Positions 6,377 through 15,939 are shown, counted from the stretch's first letter. The stretch: DNA of 64,000 bases from Patescibacteria group bacterium (GCA_038065395.1 JBBTRB010000004.1:70042-134041), one strand, 5' to 3'. Translations and numbers: made by a program. Notes: a model not told the origin generated them from the sequence alone.

Positions 6377-9370
6377 ATGTCACTCCCTTCCTCAACTTCT
6401 CCCGTATTCGACCGGGCATATCGAACCCTCAATGCTGCCCAAAAGAAGGCTGTAGATACGATCGAGGGTCCGGTAGTCGTGATCGCAGGTCCAGGTACTG
6501 GTAAGACGACGCTATTGACGCTACGTATCGCAAACATCTTGCGTCTGACCGATACTGCTCCTGACAGTATCCTGGCATTGACCTTCACCGAGTCGGGAGC
6601 TTTTGCGATGCGTCGCAAGCTGCTCGAGACGATAGGTCCTGCGGCGTATCGAGTGGCGATCCATACATTCCACGGGTTTGCCTCGCAGGTGATCGAACAT
6701 CACCAGGATTATTTCCCCCGTATCATCGGTTCGAAGCTCATTACCGAACCAGAACAGATACGGATCATCCAAAAGATCATCGAATCTCGAGACATAGAGA
6801 TGCTCAGACCATTCGGAGATCCAGAGTATTACGTGTCCCCAGTGCTCCGAGAGATACATATTCTCAAGAGAGAGAACATCACTCCGGCAGAGTTAGCACA
6901 GAGTATCGAGGCGGAAGCCTCTCAGGAGGTCAAGCGCTCCGCCACCGAACAGGAGAAATACGAAAAGCGAACTCTCAAAAACAAGGAGCTGGCTCTAGTG
7001 TACGCACGATACGAAAAGGCATTGGCCAAAGAGAAATATTATGACTTCGACGACATGTTGCTCGAGGTCATCCGTATCATGGAGTCACAGCCAGAATTCA
7101 AACTTATCCTACAAGAACAGTACCAGTATATCTTGGCTGATGAACATCAGGATGCCAATGCGGCTCAGAATCGCATATTAGAGCTCCTGTCGGACTTCCA
7201 TGATTCACCCAACCTTTTCATTGTTGGAGATGACAAGCAGGCGATCTATCGATTCCAAGGAGCGTCTCTCGAGAACTTCCTCTATTTTTCTCACAAATAT
7301 CCTGATGCAGTAGTCATCGATCTTGAGCACAACTATCGTTCTCACCAGGTCATACTCGATGCGTCTCATAGTGTGATCACCAACAACCCTGGTATGCCAG
7401 GTAGAACACATGCGAAGCTCATATCTCTCCAAGTCGGTGGGGGACCAGTGCATGTTTCGGAATATATGACAGCAGATGACGAACGTATCGGTGTGATGCA
7501 TGCGATCAAGAAGTTGATCGATGGTGGAGAGAAACATTCCGAAATAGCGATCCTGTATCGCGACAACAAACATTCAGGACCTCTTTCGGACATGCTCCGT
7601 TCGGAAGGTATACCTCATCGAGTCGAATCCGAAACAGATATCATGCACGAAGTCGACGTCGTCAAGATTGTTACATTATGCAAAGCGATCTTCGACCCTT
7701 CGGATGATGCGGTGTTGGCACAAGCGCTCCTCTTGCCAGAACTTGCAGTCGACCCGGCGCATGTCATGGAGATCAGTGAACGTGCCTATCGTGACAAGAA
7801 GCCTCTACATCAGTGTATCAAGTCCTCATCGCGGACAACCTATGCAGACATACACCGTGCCTACGACAAGATCGTCCGCTGGTCACGAGACGCTAACACG
7901 CTCTCATTTACCGTATTTTTGCAGAAGATTATCCAGGAAACAGGCTTCTATACATCGATAGTCGAAGCACCAGACTCACTCGACAGGATGCATGCACTCA
8001 ATGCTTTCTATGAATATATTACTGACGCCTCTCGGTCAATGAAGACCTTCCGTCTCAAAGAGTTTATTGCATATATCACCGTCATCGAGGAACACGGACT
8101 CTCTCGACGCAAAACTCATGGCGAACACACCGTAGGAGTCAGGCTGATGACGGCACATCGGGCCAAAGGTCAAGAATTCAACCATGTATTCATCGTGCAT
8201 GCAGTCGATGGTGTATGGGGGAGTCGTTCTTCTCGTAACCTCTTCCATATACCGGTGATCGAGCATGCTCGTGCCACGGGTCGTATCGATGATGAAAGGA
8301 GACTCTTCTACGTTGCGCTCACTCGTGCACGCGAGACGGTGACTATCAGTTGGGCGCAAGGAGATGGCTCAGAAGGTGCGGTCGCGAGTAGGTTCATCAC
8401 TGAGATAGACCCGAGATGTATGGTCATAGAAAAGAAAGACAAAGGCGTCGCGCATGCAACGCTTCATCGGGTTTTGGGCTCTACTCTCCATCCCTATGCA
8501 GACAAGAACACTCTCCTCAACCCAGAGTTCGTACGTTCGAAATTCCTAGCACAACCACTGTCGGTGACACATCTCAACAACTACATCGAATGTCCCTGGA
8601 GATACTTCTTCGTGAACCTGATCCGCATCCCTCAGGCCGAGAGTAAGCATCAGCTCTATGGAACAGCGATCCATGCAGTATTGCGAACATTCTTTGCGTC
8701 GTATGCACAAGGAGAAGACATGGTCCTCAAACGCATGATCGAGATCTTTCGTGGACAGATAGACATGTTGCCCTTCATGGCTGATGACCGAGAAGACTCC
8801 TTCAAAAAGGGTAAGAAGGCTCTCGAAGGCTATTACAAGACCTATTATCCACACTGGAACCGCGCGGTATTGCTCGAATATGCAGTGCGCGGCACAGAAG
8901 TCTCAGTGGACAAGGATACAGTAGTAACACTGTCGGGTAAGCTCGATAAGATCGAGATCAATACTGATGATTCGGTGACTGTCGTAGACTACAAAACCGG
9001 AAAACCCAAATCCCGTAACCATATCCAGGGTAATGTGTCCTCGGACGCTGGTGGAGAAGGGAACTATTTCCGACAACTGGCTTTCTACAAACTACTGCTC
9101 GATGGTGATACAAAATTCAGGATGAAGTATGGCGAGATCGACTTTGTGGAGCCGAATGATCGCGGTATATACAAAAAAGAAAGATTCGAGATCACGGATA
9201 CAGATATCGAGAAGGTGACCGGAGAGATCGTCTCTATGTCTCGTGCTCTGCTCAGTCTCTCTTTTGTGGGAACAACATGCGATAATAAGAAGTGTGAGTA
9301 TTGCATGCTCGGCAAGATCATATCGCGAGTCAATACAGCCCGTAATTCAACCGAATGGAAACACTTATAA
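6377..9370 (+). CDS. UvrD/PcrA-family SF1 helicase fused to a C-terminal PD-(D/E)xK (RecB/Cas4-like) nuclease with a Cys cluster
   Basis: Helicase motif I VVVIAGPGTGKTT and motif II ILADEHQD. C-terminal GKLDKIEI...VVDYKTGKP...QLAFYKLLL nuclease motifs, plus Cys residues ECPWRY...CDNKKCEYC. The start is placed at ATG 6377 (MSLPSS...) rather than 6116. Confidence 0.85.
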   Translation: MSLPSSTSPVFDRAYRTLNAAQKKAVDTIEGPVVVIAGPGTGKTTLLTLRIANILRLTDTAPDSILALTFTESGAFAMRRKLLETIGPAAYRVAIHTFHGFASQVIEHHQDYFPRIIGSKLITEPEQIRIIQKIIESRDIEMLRPFGDPEYYVSPVLREIHILKRENITPAELAQSIEAEASQEVKRSATEQEKYEKRTLKNKELALVYARYEKALAKEKYYDFDDMLLEVIRIMESQPEFKLILQEQYQYILADEHQDANAAQNRILELLSDFHDSPNLFIVGDDKQAIYRFQGASLENFLYFSHKYPDAVVIDLEHNYRSHQVILDASHSVITNNPGMPGRTHAKLISLQVGGGPVHVSEYMTADDERIGVMHAIKKLIDGGEKHSEIAILYRDNKHSGPLSDMLRSEGIPHRVESETDIMHEVDVVKIVTLCKAIFDPSDDAVLAQALLLPELAVDPAHVMEISERAYRDKKPLHQCIKSSSRTTYADIHRAYDKIVRWSRDANTLSFTVFLQKIIQETGFYTSIVEAPDSLDRMHALNAFYEYITDASRSMKTFRLKEFIAYITVIEEHGLSRRKTHGEHTVGVRLMTAHRAKGQEFNHVFIVHAVDGVWGSRSSRNLFHIPVIEHARATGRIDDERRLFYVALTRARETVTISWAQGDGSEGAVASRFITEIDPRCMVIEKKDKGVAHATLHRVLGSTLHPYADKNTLLNPEFVRSKFLAQPLSVTHLNNYIECPWRYFFVNLIRIPQAESKHQLYGTAIHAVLRTFFASYAQGEDMVLKRMIEIFRGQIDMLPFMADDREDSFKKGKKALEGYYKTYYPHWNRAVLLEYAVRGTEVSVDKDTVVTLSGKLDKIEINTDDSVTVVDYKTGKPKSRNHIQGNVSSDAGGEGNYFRQLAFYKLLLDGDTKFRMKYGEIDFVEPNDRGIYKKERFEITDTDIEKVTGEIVSMSRALLSLSFVGTTCDNKKCEYCMLGKIISRVNTARNSTEWKHL

Positions 9371-9452
9371 TCATTATTATTGTCGCTGCGGTCCTATTCA
9401 AGGCGACACCTAAACCAGAAAAGAAAGGGAAGGGCTAGTTCAGAAGTTGGAA

Positions 9453-10202
9453 CTATCTGATCTCGGCTATCAATCCATCGATGCTCGTCTTGAGGGTACT
9501 GTAGGGTACTGCACCTGTCAGTGGGATCTTGGATCCGGAAGGGGTGATGATGATCGAGTACGGAGTGCCAGTGACACCTGCACCAAGTCCGTCTTGGTAC
9601 TGACTCTCGATCTTGTCGGTGAAGCGTTTGCTGGTGAGACATTCGTTGAATGAAATGACGTCGAGACCGATAGACTGAGCGATCTCAGGGAGTTTGCTCG
9701 GATCGAGACCGTTCGGAGCTTGAGAGGTGACTGCCGGAGTTACGTCGTAGAGCGTGTTCGTGTATTTCCAGAACGCGTCGTTGCCACCGAGTGCCGCGGC
9801 ACATTCCATGGCTTGAGCCTCAGTCCCAGCGTTGGGATGGAGGATACCGCCGTCAGGACGCGTACCTGGCTTGTCGAGAGGAAAATGTCGGTAGACCCAG
9901 GCGACTTTGCCACTATCACCATATTCTGCCATGACCTTGACCATGGTTGGATGAAACATTTTGCAGAACGGACATGAAGAGTCAGAGTATTCTACGATCT
10001 TGATCGGAGCGTTCGGGTTACCGAGGATATGGTCGTTGGCAGTTATATCTGCCATGACAACAGTTGCGACTTGTGTGTCTGACGTGGTGCGAGCAACTTG
10101 ATTCATCGGCTTTTGGGTCCAGATGATAGCCATCGCGATGATAGCTCCAGCGACGATGATGGCTCCCGGGATCGTGACCAATGAATTCTGTTTTTGTTCC
10201 AT
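9453..10202 (-). CDS. DsbA-like thiol:disulfide oxidoreductase (thioredoxin fold, N-terminal TM anchor)
   Basis: CPFC active-site motif (YSDSSCPFCKMFHP). N-terminal hydrophobic helix. Confidence 0.7.
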   Translation of the reverse strand: MEQKQNSLVTIPGAIIVAGAIIAMAIIWTQKPMNQVARTTSDTQVATVVMADITANDHILGNPNAPIKIVEYSDSSCPFCKMFHPTMVKVMAEYGDSGKVAWVYRHFPLDKPGTRPDGGILHPNAGTEAQAMECAAALGGNDAFWKYTNTLYDVTPAVTSQAPNGLDPSKLPEIAQSIGLDVISFNECLTSKRFTDKIESQYQDGLGAGVTGTPYSIIITPSGSKIPLTGAVPYSTLKTSIDGLIAEIR

Positions 10203-10285
10203 GTGGATAATGAGATGTTATGGCCTTAGTAAATGTCGACGTAGTGAGGTATTATTGTATCAGTAAATATACATATTTGCCTACC

Positions 10286-11869
10286 ATGAGTTTTTCGCTC
10301 ATATTCCACAATATTCTCTTTTTGTTGGGTGCACTGATCAGTATCGGCACCGCTTTCTTCGTCTTCTTTTCTACACAGCGCAGTCGTAGTGTTACCACGC
10401 TGACGTTCGCCTTGTCGTGCGTGGCGGTGTCCATATTCCAAGTATCACACCTTCTTGGTATCAACGCATCAGACGCCGAGACGTCTCGCATGCTCCTGAT
10501 GTTCAATCTCGCAGACATATTCATTGGTATGTTTATGACTCACTGGTTCCTCGGGTTTATAGGTAAGATCCATCAGCAACGATACGCACTCTATGCGGTA
10601 TATGCGAGTGGTCTCTCGATCTTCACGTTTTTCATGTTCTATCCTCGGATGTTTCTGATCGAGTCAGTACCCAAGCTGTATCTGCCATTTTATTATGAAC
10701 CAGGACCACTCTATGTTCTGATGCTCGGATGGTTCATGGCAGTCTCGGTGTATCATTTTTACCAACTCATTCAGGCGTATCGTCTCGAGAAAGATTCAAT
10801 ACAAAAAAACAGATACAAATACGTACTTCTGGCGATGTCATATGCGTATGCGTTCGGAACTACAGCATTCATGCTTGTATTTGATCTCCCCCTCAACCCT
10901 GCATTGTCAGCGTTATTCGGACTCTACCCGCTTCTTATTGTGTACGCGATACTGCAGTTCGAAGTGTTTGATATCCGTATTTTTGCCAAGCGCGCCTTCG
11001 TCTATGGGGTGACTATCATGATGGTGGGAGCAGCGATCACACTTACCGATTTCTTGAGTGCGTATTTCGTGACGATTCAACCAGCCGTCCCTCGAAGCTT
11101 CATTCCGATCATAGCCTCTGTGCTGTTCGGCAGTGCAGGTCTCTATGTCTGGCGCAAGACTCAAGATGCAGATTTGGCAAAATACGAGTTTATTACCATC
11201 GTGACGCACAAGTTCCGTACGCCGCTCACACGTATCAAATGGGCAACAGAAGAGATGGTTCGCACATTGCCTGATGACAAAAAAGAGATGTCGAGCATCG
11301 TAGAACAGTCGACCAGTCAGCTCTTCGAACTGACCAATATCCTGGTCAGACTTTCTGATTCTGATGCCAATACTCTCGATCAGACACGCATATCGAGCAG
11401 CGTGTCGGACCTCCTCCAGCAGCTCCAGTCAGAATATGCATCGCCGATGTTGCAGAAGCAGTTGAATTTCAATGTAAAGTATCCGGAGGGTGTGGCTTAT
11501 GCACTGATCAACCAGCAGCAGGTTCGTCTAGTCTTACAGATCTTGCTCGACAATGCGATCAGTTATTCTCCTAAGAATGGAACGATCACTCTCTCAGCCC
11601 AAGTAGTACGTGAAGATATGCAATGTATCCTCTCTGTTCAAGATCAGGGTATCGGTATCTCAAAATCAACAGCAAGACATATTTTCAACCGTTTCTATCG
11701 TGGAGATCGTGCACGTCTGGCTGATACCGAAGGTATGGGTATTGGTCTCTATATGGCACGAAAACTGATCGCAAGACAAGAAGGCAAGATCTGGGTCAAA
11801 TCTCCCGGAGAAGATCTCGGCAGTACCTTTTATGTTTCTATACCTCTCGACGGTTCAAAATATGTCTAA
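10286..11869 (+). CDS. Sensor histidine kinase with N-terminal multi-TM (7TM-like) sensor, paralog 1
   Basis: H-box HKFRTPLTRIKWATEEM. HATPase_c N/G boxes (LLDNAISYSP...DQGIGIS...GMGIGLYMARKL). Six to seven N-terminal TM helices. No adjacent response regulator. The start is placed at ATG 10286. Confidence 0.8.
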   Translation: MSFSLIFHNILFLLGALISIGTAFFVFFSTQRSRSVTTLTFALSCVAVSIFQVSHLLGINASDAETSRMLLMFNLADIFIGMFMTHWFLGFIGKIHQQRYALYAVYASGLSIFTFFMFYPRMFLIESVPKLYLPFYYEPGPLYVLMLGWFMAVSVYHFYQLIQAYRLEKDSIQKNRYKYVLLAMSYAYAFGTTAFMLVFDLPLNPALSALFGLYPLLIVYAILQFEVFDIRIFAKRAFVYGVTIMMVGAAITLTDFLSAYFVTIQPAVPRSFIPIIASVLFGSAGLYVWRKTQDADLAKYEFITIVTHKFRTPLTRIKWATEEMVRTLPDDKKEMSSIVEQSTSQLFELTNILVRLSDSDANTLDQTRISSSVSDLLQQLQSEYASPMLQKQLNFNVKYPEGVAYALINQQQVRLVLQILLDNAISYSPKNGTITLSAQVVREDMQCILSVQDQGIGISKSTARHIFNRFYRGDRARLADTEGMGIGLYMARKLIARQEGKIWVKSPGEDLGSTFYVSIPLDGSKYV

Positions 11870-12441
11870 AAAGGTAATGTATACGTCATCACACTCTCAA
11901 CAGGAACTTCCCATTCGGAGGTGTTGAGCTTGATCTCTTTGAGATTGCCGGCGTCTTTGTATTTGAGATGTTTGTTGGCGAATGCGTAGTCATAGAGTTC
12001 TCTGGTGAGCTTCACATCTTCCTTGCAGTAACGAATGATCTTGTCGATCTCGCCGTTGTTCCACCACTCGATAGCCTCGAGTCCGTGGCCAGATTTGTTC
12101 TTGCCGAGTGTTGCCTCGGCGACTGAGTCGAGCTTGAGACGTCGTCCGAGCGAGAGTTGTACTTCGCGCATCAGGTCGAGACTTTTGATCTTGGAGAGAT
12201 CGCCTGAGTAGTATTTGTTGAGGAGGGGGATGTCAAAATGGTCACCGTTCCAGGTGATGAGCATGTCTGCTTGCTCGATGATCGGCCAGAGGTTCTTGAG
12301 GTCTTCTTGGAGGAAGCTCGCCAGGGTGTCTGTCTCGCTATCGTGTATACAGACTACTGATATATCGAGTGCAGTCGGGTCGTTGGAGCCTACATCAGAG
12401 AATAGATTCCTTGTTTCAATGTCAAACGTAATTTTTCGCAT
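11866..12441 (-). CDS. DEDDy-type 3'-5' exonuclease (RNase H-like, PolB-exonuclease-related/YprB-like)
   Basis: Exo I FDIET, Exo II WNGDHFDIPLL and Exo III YCKEDVKLTRELYDY motifs. Confidence 0.6.
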   Translation of the reverse strand: MRKITFDIETRNLFSDVGSNDPTALDISVVCIHDSETDTLASFLQEDLKNLWPIIEQADMLITWNGDHFDIPLLNKYYSGDLSKIKSLDLMREVQLSLGRRLKLDSVAEATLGKNKSGHGLEAIEWWNNGEIDKIIRYCKEDVKLTRELYDYAFANKHLKYKDAGNLKEIKLNTSEWEVPVESVMTYTLPF

Positions 12442-12532
12442 CGAAATATTGTAGCACAGGAAGGAGATTGGAGACTAGTAATTAGAGATTAGAAAATCAC
12501 ATACGGACCTATGTTTTTCCAATCTCCAATCT
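12442..12532. repeat. Intergenic inverted-repeat element (ggagattggagactagtaattagagattag ... ccaatctccaatctctaattaccaatctcc)
   Basis: Imperfect IR built from TAATTAG/ATTGGAGA units. The 13-mer CTAATTACCAATC is shared with the element at 46426-46571. Confidence 0.5.
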
Positions 12533-13813
12533 CTAATTACCAATCTCCCGCTCCTCTCCTGTAGATAAATTCTTGGTTTTATATACACCCGTCTTGACCT
12601 CTTCGTCACCGATAACGATGATCTTTGGGATGGAGCGCTTGCTGGCATTGGAGATCTGGTCACCGACTTTCTTGCCACCGAGGTCGATCGCAACAGAGGT
12701 GCCTTGTTCGCGGAGTTTCTGGGCAACTTCGAGTGCGTAGGGAGTGTTGTGTTCACCGACCACACAGATCATGATCTCTGCCGAAGGGGTTGCACCAGGG
12801 AGTGCACCGTATGTCTCCATGAGGTCTCGCGCAGTGACGTCTCCAGCACCAAAGCCGACGGCAGTGACTTTGTCATTACCAAAGAGTGAGAGGAGCTCGT
12901 CATAGCGTCCGCCACCCAGCACCGCACGACGGTTGATCGGGTTGAGGTCAAAGACTTCGAAGACAACACCCGTGTAATAGTCGAAACCACGCATCAGTGT
13001 CTGGTCGAAGCGGACATTGGTGATACCGAGACGTTCGAGTCCAGTGATGACCTGTCGGATCTCACGAAGTCCTACGTGTTCCTCGGTTGTCTGGCGTAGA
13101 TGAGTAGTGAACTCTTCGAAGTTCTTGGAGTTGAGGAGAGTGATGAACTTGGCCGTGTTGTCTCCGAGAAGTTCGGTTGCGGCAGCTTCGAACCATTCTG
13201 CTTTGACTTTGTCTTTCTTGTCGATGAGCTTGGAGATCTTGTGAGCTGCGTCGTCAGTGAGAGAAAAGACGTCTTTGGTGACGTAGTTCATGAGTTTGCG
13301 ACTGTTGAGGCGGATCTCAAAGTCTGTAGAGGAGAGTCCGTATGCACGTGTGATGTCGTATGCCATAGAGATGACCTCGACTTCTGCTGACAGTGACTCC
13401 ACGCCAAAGAGGTCGACATTGAGCTGCCAGTGCTCGCGTACTCGGCCGCGCTGAGGTTGTTCGTAACGGAACAGGTTAGGGATTGAATACCAACGTAGAG
13501 GGAAGGTAAGCTCGCGTTTGCGTGCAGCGACCATGCGCGCGAGAGTTGGCGTCATCTCAGGACGGAGGGTGACTTCGCGGTCACCACGGTCAGTGAAGGT
13601 GTAGGTTTGTTCGCTGACAATCTCCTCACCAGTTTTGGCGCGATAGAGGTCGGCAGGTTCGAGAACGGATGCGGCGTATTCTTCGTAGCCGTATTTCCGA
13701 GAAATATTCTCCCAGATGCCGAAAATCTTCTTTTGGACTGCCATATCTTCAGGGAAGAAGTCGCGTACGCCTTTGTATGCATCAGTTGAGAGTTTCTTGG
13801 GTTTGCCGAACAT
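12533..13813 (-). CDS. hisS: Histidyl-tRNA synthetase
   Basis: Class II aaRS motifs (RDFFPEDM, TLRPEMT, YEQPQRGRVREHWQLNVDLFG), full length. Confidence 0.9.
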   Translation of the reverse strand: MFGKPKKLSTDAYKGVRDFFPEDMAVQKKIFGIWENISRKYGYEEYAASVLEPADLYRAKTGEEIVSEQTYTFTDRGDREVTLRPEMTPTLARMVAARKRELTFPLRWYSIPNLFRYEQPQRGRVREHWQLNVDLFGVESLSAEVEVISMAYDITRAYGLSSTDFEIRLNSRKLMNYVTKDVFSLTDDAAHKISKLIDKKDKVKAEWFEAAATELLGDNTAKFITLLNSKNFEEFTTHLRQTTEEHVGLREIRQVITGLERLGITNVRFDQTLMRGFDYYTGVVFEVFDLNPINRRAVLGGGRYDELLSLFGNDKVTAVGFGAGDVTARDLMETYGALPGATPSAEIMICVVGEHNTPYALEVAQKLREQGTSVAIDLGGKKVGDQISNASKRSIPKIIVIGDEEVKTGVYKTKNLSTGEEREIGN

Positions 13814-14169
13814 GATGGGGCTATTGTAGCAGATAAAAAAAGCCTCAGAAAGTGCTCAGGATACTATGTGCACCGTTTTTTAGAACATGTACACCAATCT
13901 CCCAAAGAAAACCCCAGTGGTTAGCTGGGGTATAGGGGAGTGTACAAAAGGACATGTGCTCTGTTCGGGGAGAACAGAACTAAAGTTTCATTTCAAAAAT
14001 AGTGGCTTATACTATCAAAATTATGATTATCCACTATGAAGATAGACAATCTGAGTCCAACCGGTTGGCGGGACCACTATTTTTTGTATTTGAAAGGACT
14101 TAAGAACTCTCGTACATGTATAATCGTATGCTTATTTGAAGCAGTGGTCAATCGTGGTATAAACAAGTT

Positions 14170-14910
14170 GTGAATAAGTGGGCAGTCACTATAAATAAGA
14201 ACCTTGGCGAAACACCTCTCGAAGCCCTCGAGCGTTTTCGTGCTGAGCAGATTGCTCTCGGACGAGTCGAATTGGCCGATGTGCCTATGACGTATGCAGG
14301 TCGACTTGACCCGATGGCAGAAGGGAAGCTCTTGATCCTTATTGGAGAAGAATGCAAACAGAAAGAAAAGTATTTGGGGCTAGATAAAACCTATGAGGTT
14401 GAGGTCTTGTTTGGGATTGAAACAGATACCTATGACATATTAGGGTTGGCCAAAATACACCTCCAAGGCCAAAGTGACAAGAAAGTTGTCACTTCGACCT
14501 ATATAGGCACTTTCACTCAAACCTACCCGCCGTATTCTTCCAAGACTGTTGATGGCAAACAGCTACACACTTTGGCTCGTGCCGATGAACTTCCAGAAGA
14601 ATTACCAACCAAAGAAGTTGAGATTTACTCTATTGAAAAGCTGGAAGATAAGAAAATTTCCGCGCCAGACTTATTAAACCTGATTCAACAGAGAATTGCT
14701 CTGGTAAAAGGCGACTTCAGGCAAAAAGAAATCTTTGAGAAGTGGAATGAGGTATTGGCTCATTCAGTGCAGACCTTCCCGGTCATCAAGTTAAAAGTAA
14801 CCTGTTCAAGCGGCACTTATATGCGTTCATTGGCACAGAGGATTGGCAAAGAAATGGGAATGGGAGCCTGCGCACTATCGATAAAAAGGACGGAAATCGT
14901 GGGGATATAG
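14170..14910 (+). CDS. truB: tRNA pseudouridine synthase (TruB family)
   Basis: AGRLDPMAEGKLLILIGE resembles the TruB GTLDPxAxGvL motif. KTYEVEVLFGIETDTYDILG matches the K-Y...G.eTdT.D motif. Confidence 0.75.
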   Translation: MNKWAVTINKNLGETPLEALERFRAEQIALGRVELADVPMTYAGRLDPMAEGKLLILIGEECKQKEKYLGLDKTYEVEVLFGIETDTYDILGLAKIHLQGQSDKKVVTSTYIGTFTQTYPPYSSKTVDGKQLHTLARADELPEELPTKEVEIYSIEKLEDKKISAPDLLNLIQQRIALVKGDFRQKEIFEKWNEVLAHSVQTFPVIKLKVTCSSGTYMRSLAQRIGKEMGMGACALSIKRTEIVGI

Positions 14911-14914
14911 AGCG

Positions 14915-14940
14915 CAGATCCCCGTCTTCACGGGGATGAC
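14915..14940. repeat. REP-like GC hairpin (gatccccgtcttcacggggatgac), member of a dispersed family
   Basis: Stem ATCCCCG/CGGGGAT. Related copies lie at 45856-45879 and form the termini of the 53179-53364 element. It sits right after the truB stop. Confidence 0.55.
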
Positions 14941-14964
14941 AACAACCTGTGATATGATGAGTTC

Positions 14965-15939
14965 ATGCGACGTATCATCGTCAAAGAAGGCCCCTTGGTA
15001 TTCCTCCGTGATGTTCTGGTCATGGAAATCATTGCTATTATCTTCTTTTTCACCCTGTCATTCTTGGGCAACTATGAGATGATTTTTAAAGGATGGGGCC
15101 TCAACCAGTTCATCCGCTACGACCTCTTTTTGGCGGGAGGTTTCTCCTTGTTCCAACTTGGATATATTATCCTCCTTTTCTTGAACTGGTACTTTTCTCG
15201 CTATGAGATCACCGAGAAAGAGATCATCCGAAGGTCAGGTATCATCTTCAGTCGTCGCAAATCCGTCAACATGCAAGATGTGGCATCCGTCGAGATATAT
15301 CAGTCACCTCTGGGGCGCATGATCCATCATGCAACGATCATACTTGAACATCAGGCAGGTAGAGTCACCAAGATCAAGAACATCTCCAACTTCGAAGAAT
15401 ACGTCCATATCATCAAACAAATGGCACGAGCTTCTTCGGGTCGTATGCCTACGGGAACGATCGAGGATCTGATCCAAGAAGGGGAAAATGCGACGGTTGA
15501 ATTCAAGGAAACATTCCGCTACGACGTACGCAAGAACGAAGTGAGCAAAGATGTCGAACATGCTGTAGCCAAGGCAATCGTCGGCTTTATGAATGCCGAT
15601 GGAGGAACACTTCTCATCGGGGTTGATGATGGTGGGGAAGTGAAGGGACTAGAAAGTGACTACAAGGCCCTCCCCAAGAAGAATCGCGATGGTCTCGAGA
15701 ATCATTTCAATATGCTGGTAAAGACGATGATAGGTCTACCATTTGCAAAATATGTTTCTGTGAAGTTCGAGAAAGTCACGGGCAAAGACGTCTGTATGGT
15801 CATGGTCCGCGAAAGTCACAAACCTGCCTATGTCCGCAACGGCGACAAGAAAGAAGAATTCTTCGTCCGTGTAGGGAACTCCACTCAGCCGTTCTCGATG
15901 AGTGAAGCCGAGGAGTATATCAAGACGCATTGGAAGTAG
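14965..15939 (+). CDS. Membrane protein fusing an N-terminal 2TM + bacterial PH (bPH_2/YdbT-like) domain to a C-terminal AlbA_2 (Schlafen-core-like) domain
   Basis: Two N-terminal TM helices. YEITEKEIIRRSGIIFSRRKSVNMQDVASVEIYQSPLGRMIHHATIIL matches bPH_2. E.ENATVEFKE...VAKAIVGFMNADGGTLLIGVDDGGEVKGL matches the AlbA_2/Schlafen box. Confidence 0.55.
   Translation: MRRIIVKEGPLVFLRDVLVMEIIAIIFFFTLSFLGNYEMIFKGWGLNQFIRYDLFLAGGFSLFQLGYIILLFLNWYFSRYEITEKEIIRRSGIIFSRRKSVNMQDVASVEIYQSPLGRMIHHATIILEHQAGRVTKIKNISNFEEYVHIIKQMARASSGRMPTGTIEDLIQEGENATVEFKETFRYDVRKNEVSKDVEHAVAKAIVGFMNADGGTLLIGVDDGGEVKGLESDYKALPKKNRDGLENHFNMLVKTMIGLPFAKYVSVKFEKVTGKDVCMVMVRESHKPAYVRNGDKKEEFFVRVGNSTQPFSMSEAEEYIKTHWK

Noticed and set aside
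12475-13390. Numerous antisense or overlapping ORFs in the track within hisS, typA, rpoD, rnr, the GH130 genes and others
   Set aside because: They lie entirely within much longer, motif-supported genes on the other strand or in another frame, and have biased low-complexity compositions (Ser/Arg-rich) typical of out-of-frame translation.
13814-14169. T-box riboswitch upstream of hisS (minus strand), or an ncRNA in the 356-bp hisS-truB gap
   Set aside because: No T-box consensus (AAUUAGGGUGGUACCGCG-like) is seen on the hisS leader strand. hisS has a TACAAT -10 only 9 nt before its ATG, implying a leaderless mRNA. The hairpins present (ccccag-tggttag-ctgggg, ctgttc-gggga-gaacag, atagtgg...ccactat) are noted but cannot be assigned.
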